This document shows positions 29,931 through 38,455 of a stretch of DNA of 64,000 nt, in pieces. Under the pieces are notes generated by a model, which saw nothing but the letters and a program-made list of their open reading frames with translations, had not been told where the DNA came from and searched no databases. This stretch comes from Patescibacteria group bacterium. Lineage in GTDB: Bacteria > Omnitrophota > Gorgyraeia > Gygaellales > Profunditerraquicolaceae. Location of the stretch: positions 8,711-72,710 of the forward strand of contig DATJPV010000028.1 in assembly GCA_035506195.1 (NCBI GenBank), read 5' to 3'. Within the stretch, counting starts at the first letter, position 1. Every line of letters starts with the position of its first letter. Position numbers and translations under genes: made by a program.

Positions 29931-30974
29931 CTAGAATTGCGCAAGAAACCGCATGTCGTTCTCATAGAACAATCTGATGTCATCAATGCCGTACTTAAGC
30001 ATGGCAATACGCTCTACGCCCATACCGAAGGCAAAACCGGTATAGATATCGGGGTCATAGCCGACATTCCGCAAGACATTCGGATGGATCATGCCCGAGC
30101 CAAGGATCTCCAACCACCCTTTTCTTCCGCACACGGAACAACCCTTTCCTTTGCAGATCTTGCAGGAAATATCAACTTCTGCGGAAGGCTCGGTGAAAGG
30201 GAAAAAGTGCGGTCGGAAACGCATATTGATCTCCTGACCAAAAATGCCCTTGGCAAAAAATTCAAGCACCCCTTTTAAATCGGAAAGCCGTATACCCCGG
30301 TCAACCATAAAGCCTTCTACTTGGTGAAACATAAACGAGTGCGACGCGTCCACGGCATCGGGCCGATAGACCCGGCCCGGCACCACCACGGCCAACGGAG
30401 GCTTGGCTTGTTTCATGGCGCGCACCTGCACCGGAGAGGTATGACTACGCAACAGAAGCTTGGGGGCATTCTTGATATAGAACGTATCGAAAGCATCCCT
30501 AGAGGGATGTTCTAAGGGAATGTTCAAGCCGGTGAAATTGTTGTATTCTGTCTCAACCTCCGGCCCCTCAACGATGCGAAAACCCATGCGGCCAAAGAGG
30601 CAACAAATCTCATCCATCACCTGCGTAATCGGGTGCAGGTGGCCTACCCCCTGCGCCACGGCGGGAAGGCCAATGTCAACGCCGCTGCGAATAACGGCGG
30701 TGGGGCCGGCGGAAGCTGTGCCTGCCTTACCGACAAGAGAAGCCTCTATGGTAGCAAGCGCGCTTTCTATCTTATTTTTTAAGGCATTGACTTGCTGACC
30801 AAAAACAGGGCGCTGCTCGGCCGGCAGGGTCGGGATAGAGCTGGTCAACTGGGCCAAGAGCCCTTTTCTGCCCAGATACTTGACCCGGCACTCCTCCAGC
30901 CCCTGAAAAGAAGATATCTCCCCGAGCTGCGCGTCTAAGCTGTTTTTAATCGTCTCGATATCAATACCAGACAT
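29931..30974 (-). CDS. pheS: Phenylalanine--tRNA ligase alpha subunit
   Basis: HPSRD..DTF, LRSHTS, FHQVEG, FPFTEPS, GFAFGMGVERIAM. Confidence 0.95.
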   Translation of the reverse strand: MSGIDIETIKNSLDAQLGEISSFQGLEECRVKYLGRKGLLAQLTSSIPTLPAEQRPVFGQQVNALKNKIESALATIEASLVGKAGTASAGPTAVIRSGVDIGLPAVAQGVGHLHPITQVMDEICCLFGRMGFRIVEGPEVETEYNNFTGLNIPLEHPSRDAFDTFYIKNAPKLLLRSHTSPVQVRAMKQAKPPLAVVVPGRVYRPDAVDASHSFMFHQVEGFMVDRGIRLSDLKGVLEFFAKGIFGQEINMRFRPHFFPFTEPSAEVDISCKICKGKGCSVCGRKGWLEILGSGMIHPNVLRNVGYDPDIYTGFAFGMGVERIAMLKYGIDDIRLFYENDMRFLAQF

Positions 30975-31423
30975 ATGCACACCACCAGCGTTATCGCCAT
31001 ATTGCGTTTGTTGACGTCCAACCGTTCACCCAGCGGCTTTCCAGGGGCAATGATGCGGACTGCCTCGGCATGAATATCCAGGTCGCCGCCGTGCTGGGGA
31101 CAGGCGCGCCGGAACACGCCGGACACCTCGATCCAGTCCCCCTTTGACTTATAGGTGCCGCCGCGGATTATCCGGACGGCTGCGGCCCGGGGCAACCAGA
31201 CGCCGATTGCGTTATCCGCGTCATTGATATTCACCCAGGCATAGTCGCCGCGTAGCATTATATCACCGATAACCTCCCCTGCATAGGTGACGGTTTGGCC
31301 GTCATATGCGCTGGCTTTATCGATGAGCTCCCCGGAGCGTATCGGCTGCGCATAGGCAAGGCAGGCGCTGAAAAAAAAGGCGCACGCCAAAATCCCTAAG
31401 CCGAATGCCTTTAGGTTCTTCAT
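30935..31423 (-). CDS. Exported OB-fold-like protein with C-terminal membrane anchor
   Basis: Signal peptide; YDGQTV..GEVIGD, GDWIEVSGVF, HGGDLDIHA; C-terminal TM. Start overlaps the trkH stop. Confidence 0.65.
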   Translation of the reverse strand: MKNLKAFGLGILACAFFFSACLAYAQPIRSGELIDKASAYDGQTVTYAGEVIGDIMLRGDYAWVNINDADNAIGVWLPRAAAVRIIRGGTYKSKGDWIEVSGVFRRACPQHGGDLDIHAEAVRIIAPGKPLGERLDVNKRNMAITLVVCICLVLISRRLKTA

Positions 31424-32919
31424 CGTCCTCTCGCCAGTGCGACAAAAAAACCGATCAGGGTAAATACCGACATGAATTCCAGACGGCCGGCCCACATTTG
31501 GATAATGTACGTCACCTTCAGCGTCGCGGGCATAGAAGCCTGGGTAATCCCGCAGGATAAACCTACATTAGCCGCCGCAGAGGTGGATTCAAACAGAGAT
31601 AACAGGAACGGATACCCGAAATACATCCCCACCAGGGCGCCGGCTCCGTATAATAAAAGATACGCCAGGGTAATCAAAAGCGCGGAGCGCGCCATCTTAT
31701 CCTCGATAAAAAGATCTTTGATGTGGTGGAATCTCTTTACTACAATTGCCCGCTCCGGGAGGATGATCCTTTTGATGTCTTCCAGGAGCGCTTTAAAAAT
31801 AACGCCTATGCGCAACATCTTGATCGCGCCGGTGGTCGAGCACACCGCCCCGCCCAGGGCCATGGCACAGATGACCCCTACCAACGCCAGGTCATTCCAC
31901 TCGGTGACGAACTGCCGGGCATAGATGGTCTGATACCCCGTGCCGGTGTGCCCGGAAATAAGCTGAAAGAAGCCCTTGCGGAAGAGCATGAGCGCATCGG
32001 GGTAAATGTTGATCGCGCGCAGGCCGACGGCGGTAATAAAGAAGGTAACGAGCACCGCCAGGAAGAGAGACCGCGTCTCGATGTTCCGGAAGATCTCTTT
32101 GCGATTTCCGGTCCAGACGTGGTAATGCAGTCTGAAATTAAGCGCACCTAATATCATAATCACCACGGTAATAATTTCCATGGGTGCGCTGTGGTAATAG
32201 AGAGCGCTCTGGGAATTCGGGGTAAACCCGCCGGTATCAAATGCGGCCATGAACAAACAGGCGCCGTGGAAAAAGGCATTCAACGGCCTCATGCCGCTGG
32301 CAATGCCTACGATCCCTAGGGTGACGGTGCTTATGAGCAAATACACAATGCTCACCAGCCAGATGAAACGGCTGGTGTGCATGACATTAGGCAGTATTTT
32401 TTCATCCCTGGCCTCTCCTACGTACATCCTGAAGGCAGAGGAACCCTTCACCAGAAAGGAAAGTCCGACGATAACGATGCCCTGGCCTCCGATAAACATA
32501 ATCAAGTGCCGCCAGAGATTATGCGTTAAAGACAGGTGGTCCAGATCCTGCGCCAACGACAGCCCTGTGGTAGCGAACCCCGACATGGCTTCAAAACAGG
32601 CGTCCAGATACGACTTCCAATGACCGCTTAAATACAAAGGGATGGCGCCCAGAAGCGTGGCGACCAGCCAGGAAAGAGAAACCACAATCATCCCCTGCTT
32701 CCAATCCAGTTCCGTTTCCGTAAAACAGAACCTGGTCAGGATCAGGCCGCATATAAGAGTGATCTCCAGGGTAATCAAAAAATCCAGGGTGGGGTTTATC
32801 TCGTTAAAGACCAGGCCTGCGGCTATCGGCACAACCATGGTCAGGCCTAAGCCTAGGATAATCTTGCCTAAATAATAACCGATGTTTTTGAGGTCATCGA
32901 GGCCGGGGCGCAGGATCAT
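31420..32919 (-). CDS. trkH: Trk/Ktr potassium uptake membrane subunit
   Basis: FEAMSGFATTG, AFDTGG, GHTGTG, SAAANVGLS pore motifs; GAIK; WAGRLE. Confidence 0.9.
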   Translation of the reverse strand: MILRPGLDDLKNIGYYLGKIILGLGLTMVVPIAAGLVFNEINPTLDFLITLEITLICGLILTRFCFTETELDWKQGMIVVSLSWLVATLLGAIPLYLSGHWKSYLDACFEAMSGFATTGLSLAQDLDHLSLTHNLWRHLIMFIGGQGIVIVGLSFLVKGSSAFRMYVGEARDEKILPNVMHTSRFIWLVSIVYLLISTVTLGIVGIASGMRPLNAFFHGACLFMAAFDTGGFTPNSQSALYYHSAPMEIITVVIMILGALNFRLHYHVWTGNRKEIFRNIETRSLFLAVLVTFFITAVGLRAINIYPDALMLFRKGFFQLISGHTGTGYQTIYARQFVTEWNDLALVGVICAMALGGAVCSTTGAIKMLRIGVIFKALLEDIKRIILPERAIVVKRFHHIKDLFIEDKMARSALLITLAYLLLYGAGALVGMYFGYPFLLSLFESTSAAANVGLSCGITQASMPATLKVTYIIQMWAGRLEFMSVFTLIGFFVALARGR

Positions 32920-33032
32920 CGTTTGAAAGAAAAAACCAGGCACACCAGAAATGCTGCCAACAGTATGGCTGCGGTGTAGGCGATTTCCGTCACGATTCCC
33001 AAGAGTGCCTTTTCGTAACTGTGAGGTCTCAT
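32916..33032 (-). CDS. 38-aa single-TM protein (not in the ORF track)
   Basis: MRPHSYEKALLGIVTEIAYTAAILLAAFLVCLVFSFKR. Starts 4 nt after the trkA stop; its TGA overlaps the trkH ATG. Confidence 0.65.
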   Translation of the reverse strand: MRPHSYEKALLGIVTEIAYTAAILLAAFLVCLVFSFKR

Positions 33033-33036
33033 TTTA

Positions 33037-33699
33037 TTAGAGCTTGCCTACGAGCATATGCAAAAGTTGAGGCTCATTGCCGATCAAGGTAATGGCGATA
33101 ATATCGTCCCCAGGCTCAAGGACCGTGGTGCCCTTCGGGACGATAACCTCGTCCTTGCGTACGATGGAAACGAACACCGAATCGGCAGGCAGCTTGATGT
33201 CCTGGACCATCTTGTTGATGACGGGAGAGTCTTCGGGCAGGTCCACGCGTACAATGGCCAGCTTCCCGCGCTTGAAACTCATCAAATTTACAAAGTCGGA
33301 GAAGGAAACCTCCTCTTCGATGATCTTGGCGGTGATTTTAGTGGTATCTATGGGCACATCAATACCCAACTCAGAAAAGGTGTGTTCGTTATCGGGATTG
33401 TTGACCCGGCCCACGGTGCGTTGGACGCTGAACTTTTCTTTCGCTACCTGACAGATAATCAAATTGTCTTCGTCGTCTCCGGTAACCGCCGCTACCACAT
33501 CGGCGCGCGGTGCGCCGGCCTCCTCAAGGATGTTCGGGTCGCAACCGTCTCCCTGGACCACCAGCACCTCAAGTTGCTTGGCGATGTCCTCACAACGGGA
33601 ACGATCCCTGTCCACGATGCTGACGACGTGTTTGCTCGCCACCAGCCGCTTGCTTAAAAAATAACCCACCTTGCCTGCACCGACAATCACGATATACAT
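33037..33699 (-). CDS. trkA: TrkA-family RCK protein
   Basis: IVGAGKVG, GDG, TGDDEDN; TrkA_C with VIVPKG. Confidence 0.9.
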   Translation of the reverse strand: MYIVIVGAGKVGYFLSKRLVASKHVVSIVDRDRSRCEDIAKQLEVLVVQGDGCDPNILEEAGAPRADVVAAVTGDDEDNLIICQVAKEKFSVQRTVGRVNNPDNEHTFSELGIDVPIDTTKITAKIIEEEVSFSDFVNLMSFKRGKLAIVRVDLPEDSPVINKMVQDIKLPADSVFVSIVRKDEVIVPKGTTVLEPGDDIIAITLIGNEPQLLHMLVGKL

Positions 33700-33714
33700 T
33701 GTTTCACCCCAACA

Positions 33715-34359
33715 TTACAATCCCATTTTCTCTTTTATCTTCTTGAGGCTGGCCACTTTGACTACGGCCATCAACATGTCCCTGCTCTGAAGCACGGTCT
33801 CCGGCTCGGGGATAATGACTCCGTCGAGACGCCGTATCGTCACAACCAGGAGCTCCTGGGGGAGATTGATGCTTTTCACGGGGAGGCCGGCCATCTCCTT
33901 TTTGACTTCGATCTCAATGACTCCCAGGTCTTTGGTCTCAATCAGATAGCTGGAAAAGCGGCTTTCGATTATCTTGTCCCTGATCATGGAGGCAAACAGA
34001 ATGGTCCCGCTGAGGACATCCATGCCCAGGGCAGCGTAGATGTGCGCCCGCTGCGGGTCGTAGACGCGGGCAATGACTTTGGGGACGTTGAATATTTTTT
34101 TAGCTACCTGTGCGGAAATAAGGTTGGTGTTGTCGCCGTTAGTGACCGCGCAGAAGGCATCGGCTTTCTCGATGTCGGCCTGTTTCAGCAGTTCGAGGTC
34201 GAAGCCGTTACCGGCGAGCGTCAAGCCGTTAAAGGTCGTTCCCAGCCGCTCAAACGAAGACCGCTCCTTGTCGACGACTACCACGTTATGGCCTTCTGCC
34301 GACAAGAGCCTAGCTAGTTCCGAACCGACCCTGCCACAGCCTACTATGATGACGTGCAT
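33715..34359 (-). CDS. trkA: TrkA-family RCK protein
   Basis: IVGCGRVG, TNGDNTN, ARVYDP; TrkA_C. Confidence 0.9.
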   Translation of the reverse strand: MHVIIVGCGRVGSELARLLSAEGHNVVVVDKERSSFERLGTTFNGLTLAGNGFDLELLKQADIEKADAFCAVTNGDNTNLISAQVAKKIFNVPKVIARVYDPQRAHIYAALGMDVLSGTILFASMIRDKIIESRFSSYLIETKDLGVIEIEVKKEMAGLPVKSINLPQELLVVTIRRLDGVIIPEPETVLQSRDMLMAVVKVASLKKIKEKMGL

Positions 34360-34383
34360 AGCGACCTCCGTTTGTAAAACGGA

Positions 34384-34731
34384 TTATTTTTTGACCAGCG
34401 CCACCAACTCTGCGAAGATCTTGGGCTCTCTGACCGCCAAATCAGCCAGCATTTTCCTATCCAGGCCGACCTTGGCATTCTTGAGGCCTTTCATAAATGC
34501 GCTATAGGTGATACCGCAGTTGCGGCAGGCGGCATTGATACGCGTAATCCACAAACCCCGTATTTGCCGCTTTTTGTTACGGCGATCACGGTAGGCATAC
34601 ACCAGCGCATGCATAAGCGCGCGGCGGGCCTGGCGATATTGCTTGCTCCTGTCCCCCCAGAATCCCTTGGCGCTTTTTAGCAGCCGGCGTTTTCTTTTGC
34701 GTGTAGCGACACTGTGTTTTATTTTAGCCAT
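34384..34731 (-). CDS. rplT: 50S ribosomal protein L20
   Basis: AKGFWG, YAYRDRR.KKR..R.LWITRINAA, LDRKMLA. Confidence 0.97.
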   Translation of the reverse strand: MAKIKHSVATRKRKRRLLKSAKGFWGDRSKQYRQARRALMHALVYAYRDRRNKKRQIRGLWITRINAACRNCGITYSAFMKGLKNAKVGLDRKMLADLAVREPKIFAELVALVKK

Positions 34732-34771
34732 GAAACCTCCTTACACATACACATCTTTGGGTTAGCGATAC

Positions 34772-34972
34772 CTACCCGTATGGGAGCATGCGCTTGATGT
34801 ACTTTACGTCCTGAGAGCCAGTGACGGTTTGCGCCTTCCTCATCGATCTGAGTTTTTCTGGTTCCTTGACGGACATAAGGTGGCTCTTGCCCCCGGGATG
34901 AAACTTTACTTTTCCCTTTTTGGTAAGTCTAAATCTTTTTGCAACGCCCTTTTTAGTTTTTAACTTTGGCAT
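34772..34972 (-). CDS. rpmI: 50S ribosomal protein L35
   Basis: MPKLKT.KG.AKRF..T..GK...LPY. Confidence 0.97.
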   Translation of the reverse strand: MPKLKTKKGVAKRFRLTKKGKVKFHPGGKSHLMSVKEPEKLRSMRKAQTVTGSQDVKYIKRMLPYG

Positions 34973-35001
34973 CTGTTCTCCTTGCGCTACTTGTAGTCCT
35001 A

Positions 35002-35508
35002 TTACTTCGGGGCAATGACCAGCGATATAACCCTGCCCTCTAAAAGCGGCTCTTTTTCCACTTGACCGTCGTTTTGCGTATCGGTAATAAATTTATCTAA
35101 AATCTTTCGGCCCAAATCCATGTGCTCCATCTGCCTGCCCCTGAAGAAGAGATTGACCTTGACCTTGTCTTTCTTCTGGAGGAAGGCTACCGCCTGTTTA
35201 ACTTTAGTCTGGAAATCATGCTCGTCGATATTGGGCTTCAGACGGATCTCTTTAAGCCGGCCCTGCTTCTGATGTTTTTTGGCCTCGCGTTCCTTTTTTT
35301 CCTGGTCGTATTTAAACTTGCTGAAATCTATGATCCGGCAGACCGGCGGGGCTGCCTGTGAGGCGACCTCAACCAGGTCTAATTCGTGCTGATTAGCCAT
35401 TTCCAACGCCCGCTGGATGGGGACAACCCCCAACTGGTTGCCGTCAGGACCGATAAGTCGAACTTCCGGTACGCGTATTCTGTCATTGATACGAATGAAC
35501 TTTTTTAT
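35002..35508 (-). CDS. infC: Translation initiation factor IF-3 (probable ATA start)
   Basis: RINDRIR.PEVRLI, LDLVEV, PPVCRI.D..KFKY, FRGR. SD AAGGAGG lies 8 nt before an in-frame ATA. Confidence 0.95.
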   Translation of the reverse strand: MKKFIRINDRIRVPEVRLIGPDGNQLGVVPIQRALEMANQHELDLVEVASQAAPPVCRIIDFSKFKYDQEKKEREAKKHQKQGRLKEIRLKPNIDEHDFQTKVKQAVAFLQKKDKVKVNLFFRGRQMEHMDLGRKILDKFITDTQNDGQVEKEPLLEGRVISLVIAPK

Positions 35509-35526
35509 GGTAACCACCTCCTTTTA

Positions 35527-37257
35527 CTAAATGCGCTGCAACTCCTGCGTTAACCTTTGTACAAAATCTGCGACCGACATGGTGCCCATATCGCCGAGCC
35601 CTTTTTTCCTGACCGCGACCACTCCTTGTTTGGCCTCGCGTCCGCCGACCACCAGACAGTACGGGATTTTTTCTACCTCTGCCTGCCGGATGCGTTTATC
35701 CAGGGTTTCGTTACGGCTATCCAACTCGATCCGAATACCCGTTTCTGCCAGGGCCTTCTTCACCGTCTGGCTGTATTCCATGACGTCGGGCTTGATCGGA
35801 ATAATCATCACCTGCACCGGCGCAAGCCATAGGGGCAGCGCGCCGGCATAATGCTCAAGGAGCGCACCAATAAATCTCTCGAGGCTACCCAAGAGCACGC
35901 GGTGGAGCATGATCGGCTGCCGCTGGCTGCCGTCGGCGTCAACGTAGGCAAGGTCGAACCTCTTGGGGAGCGCAAAATCACACTGGATGGTAGCGCACTG
36001 CCATTTGCGCTTGAGGGCATCCTTGAGCTTGATGTCGATCTTCGGTCCGTAGAACGCGCCGTCGCCGGCATTGACCTCATAGGCCAGGCCTTTTTCTTTC
36101 AGGGAATCTTCCAGTGCTGAAGTTGCCCGCTGCCAGTCCTCTTCAGAGCCGATGTATTTTTCCGGGCGGGTGCTTAACTCGATCCCTAGATCCTGAAAAC
36201 CGAATACCTTCATCGTATCAAATACAAAGTCGATAATCGCCTTGATCTCTTCTTTAAGTTGCTCGGGAAGACAGAAGATGTGCGCATCGTCCTGGGTAAA
36301 ACCCCGCACGCGCAACAGGCCGTGCAATACCCCGGCCTTTTCATGCCGATACACCGTGCCCAGTTCAAAGAGCCGCAAAGGCAAATCCCGGTAGCTGCGG
36401 CCCTTTGATTGGTAAATCAAGATGTGCCCCGGACAATTCATGGGCTTGAGCACGAATTCTTTCTCGTCTATCTTAAACGTGTACATATTCTCTTTGTAAT
36501 AATCATAGTGGCCGGAGGTTTTCCATAGTTCTGCCTGCATGATGTGCGGGGTGATGACCAGCTGATAGCCGCGCTTGAGATGCTCTTGCTTCTCGTAATC
36601 CTCGATGATCTTGCGCAGGAGCGCGCCCTTGGGATGATAGAACACCAGCCCCGGCCCGGCAGATTCATGATAGATGTCGAAGTACTCCAGTTGCGGCCCC
36701 AGTTTGCGGTGGTCGCGATTTTTTGCTTCTTCCAGGTTCTTGAGGTATTCCTCGAGTTCTTGCGCTGTGTAAAAACAAGTGCCGTAAATGCGCTGGAGCA
36801 TGGGGTTGGTTTCAATGCCGTGCCAATACGCACCGGCTACCGACAAAAGCTTAAAGGCTTTGATCGCGCCCGTTGCCGCAATGTGCGGACCGCGGCACAG
36901 GTCTACAAAATCCGCGCCTGTTTTGTATACGGAAACCGTCTGATCCGGCAGCGCCCGAATAAGCTCGACCTTGTAATCTTCATGCAGCCCCATAAACAAC
37001 TCTATCGCCTTCTCGCGAGGAATCTCTTCCCGTATGAATGGCTCGTTGCGGGAGATGATTTCGCGCATCCTCTCTCCTATCCGGAGCAGATCCTCATCGC
37101 TGAACGGCTCCTTTTTATCGAAATCGTAGTAGAACCCGTCTTCAATCGCAGGGCCGATGGCTAATTTGGCGTCCGGCCAAAGCTGTTTTACCGCCTCGGC
37201 CATTACGTGAGAACAAGAATGCCTTAGGGTGTCGAGATCTATTTTTACGTTTTGCAT
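35527..37257 (-). CDS. thrS: Threonine--tRNA ligase (lacks N-terminal TGS domain)
   Basis: LRHSCSH, DLCRGPH, RDHRKLG, KPMNCPGH, RVRGFTQDDAH, GAFYGPK. The upstream ORF extension overlaps tRNA-Val. Confidence 0.95.
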   Translation of the reverse strand: MQNVKIDLDTLRHSCSHVMAEAVKQLWPDAKLAIGPAIEDGFYYDFDKKEPFSDEDLLRIGERMREIISRNEPFIREEIPREKAIELFMGLHEDYKVELIRALPDQTVSVYKTGADFVDLCRGPHIAATGAIKAFKLLSVAGAYWHGIETNPMLQRIYGTCFYTAQELEEYLKNLEEAKNRDHRKLGPQLEYFDIYHESAGPGLVFYHPKGALLRKIIEDYEKQEHLKRGYQLVITPHIMQAELWKTSGHYDYYKENMYTFKIDEKEFVLKPMNCPGHILIYQSKGRSYRDLPLRLFELGTVYRHEKAGVLHGLLRVRGFTQDDAHIFCLPEQLKEEIKAIIDFVFDTMKVFGFQDLGIELSTRPEKYIGSEEDWQRATSALEDSLKEKGLAYEVNAGDGAFYGPKIDIKLKDALKRKWQCATIQCDFALPKRFDLAYVDADGSQRQPIMLHRVLLGSLERFIGALLEHYAGALPLWLAPVQVMIIPIKPDVMEYSQTVKKALAETGIRIELDSRNETLDKRIRQAEVEKIPYCLVVGGREAKQGVVAVRKKGLGDMGTMSVADFVQRLTQELQRI

Positions 37258-37266
37258 TTTTTCAAG

Positions 37267-37340
37267 TGGGCCCAAGAGGAGTCGGACCTCTGACCTTTGC
37301 GATGTCAACGCAACGCTCTAACCAACTGAGCTATGAGCCC
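37267..37340 (-). tRNA. tRNA-Val(GAC)
   Basis: GGGCTCA/TGGGCCC acceptor stem, anticodon arm TTGCG-TTGACAT-CGCAA; T-loop TCCGACT. Confidence 0.93.
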
Positions 37341-37347
37341 ATAGCTA

Positions 37348-37467
37348 TTACTTATCGGAGCCATCCCCGAAGGGGATGAGCCTCCCGCGTTACTTATCTG
37401 AGCCACCCCCGTAGGGGATGAGCCCCCCCATCTTACTTATCTGAGCCACCCCCGTAGGGGGTGAGCC
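37348..37467. repeat. Three tandem 35-bp palindromic repeats (period 42-43 bp)
   Basis: TTACTTATCKGAGCCAYCCCCGWAGGGGRTGAGCC at 37348-37382, 37390-37424 and 37433-37467. Confidence 0.9.
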
Positions 37468-37480
37468 CCTTAAAGCGCAG

Positions 37481-37564
37481 TGCCGGGGGAGGGAATTGAA
37501 CCCACAAGACCTTACGGTCGCGGGATTTTAAGTCCCGTGCGTTTGCCAGTTTCGCCACCCCGGC
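37481..37564 (-). tRNA. tRNA-Leu(TAA)
   Basis: GCCGGGG/CCCCGGC, anticodon arm CGGGA-CTTAAAA-TCCCG, long variable arm. Confidence 0.95.
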
Positions 37565-37609
37565 GATTATCCTCTGTCCGCAGGCCCCTCTAGGCCACGA
37601 CAGGCACAC

Positions 37610-37684
37610 TGGAGGCGACGAGCGGAATCGAACCGCTGAATAGCTGTTTTGCAGACAGCTGCCTTGCCGCTTGGCTACGTCGCC
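37610..37684 (-). tRNA. tRNA-Cys(GCA)
   Basis: GGCGACG/CGTCGCC, U73, encoded CCA, anticodon loop CTGCAAA. Confidence 0.95.
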
Positions 37685-37688
37685 AAAT

Positions 37689-38228
37689 CTAGACAAGCTT
37701 CTTTACTTCTTGAACTATCGTATCGATTTGTGCTAAACAGCCTATTCCGGTTTTTCCGCAGGCAAGCCGGCCTTTTCGCGGCGCAATAAATGCGTACCCT
37801 AACTTTTGCAGTTTACGGATGTTTTCCTGGGTAATCTTATTCACGTACATGCCTTCGTTCATCGCCGGACAGATGATGACCGGCGCGGCCGTGGCTGAAA
37901 TCAGACATGTTAACAGGTCATCGCAGATGCCGGAGGAGATTTTCGCAATAATGTTGGCGGTTGCTGGAGCGACGACGACTGCACTGGCTTTCTCTGCCAG
38001 GGACACATGGCCAATCTCCCAGCTGGCCGGCTCCTCGAACAGGCCGCCATAGACCATATTGCCGGAAAGGCTGCGGAATACTATCGGCTTAACCAGCTCC
38101 TCTGCCTCCCTGGTCATAACCACGGTAACCGCATAACCGGTTTCCCTGAACCGCCGCACCAAGTCGCAGGCTTTGTATATAGCAATGCTGGCGGTAACGC
38201 CTAACACAATATGTTTTTCTTTAGCCAT
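37689..38228 (-). CDS. coaC: Phosphopantothenoylcysteine decarboxylase (stand-alone CoaC)
   Basis: GVTASIAIYK, H..LA, APATANIIAK, PAMN, GRLACG..G.G; ends without a CoaB domain. Confidence 0.85.
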   Translation of the reverse strand: MAKEKHIVLGVTASIAIYKACDLVRRFRETGYAVTVVMTREAEELVKPIVFRSLSGNMVYGGLFEEPASWEIGHVSLAEKASAVVVAPATANIIAKISSGICDDLLTCLISATAAPVIICPAMNEGMYVNKITQENIRKLQKLGYAFIAPRKGRLACGKTGIGCLAQIDTIVQEVKKLV

Positions 38229-38233
38229 ATTCT

Positions 38234-38452
38234 TTATGACGCCTTTGCCTTCTTGCAGTGCAATCTGCCCTGGGCAACCTCATACAAGGCTACGGTAGAA
38301 GGTTTGACAGACGCATCCATCTCAACAAGCCGGGGTTGGCCTTCGGCAATTTCTAAGGCCCTTCGGGAGGTCATGATGACCAGTTTATAGATGGAGTTGT
38401 CGCTTTTATCCAGAAGCTTTTCCAAAGGTACATAAGGCGCATATGAAACCAT
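38234..38452 (-). CDS. rpoZ: RNA polymerase omega subunit
   Basis: SIYKLV...SRRALEI, KP.TVAL.E; gmk-rpoZ-coaC synteny. Confidence 0.9.
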   Translation of the reverse strand: MVSYAPYVPLEKLLDKSDNSIYKLVIMTSRRALEIAEGQPRLVEMDASVKPSTVALYEVAQGRLHCKKAKAS

Positions 38453-38455
38453 AGA

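Noticed and set aside
37348-37467. CRISPR array
   Set aside because: The 35-bp palindromic repeats are separated by only 7-8 nt, too short for spacers, and no cas genes are in the window.
37258-37480. T-box riboswitch upstream of thrS
   Set aside because: No T-box consensus or terminator; the space holds tRNA-Val and the repeats.
37433-37696. 87-aa ORF on the - strand
   Set aside because: It overlaps tRNA-Cys and tRNA-Leu.
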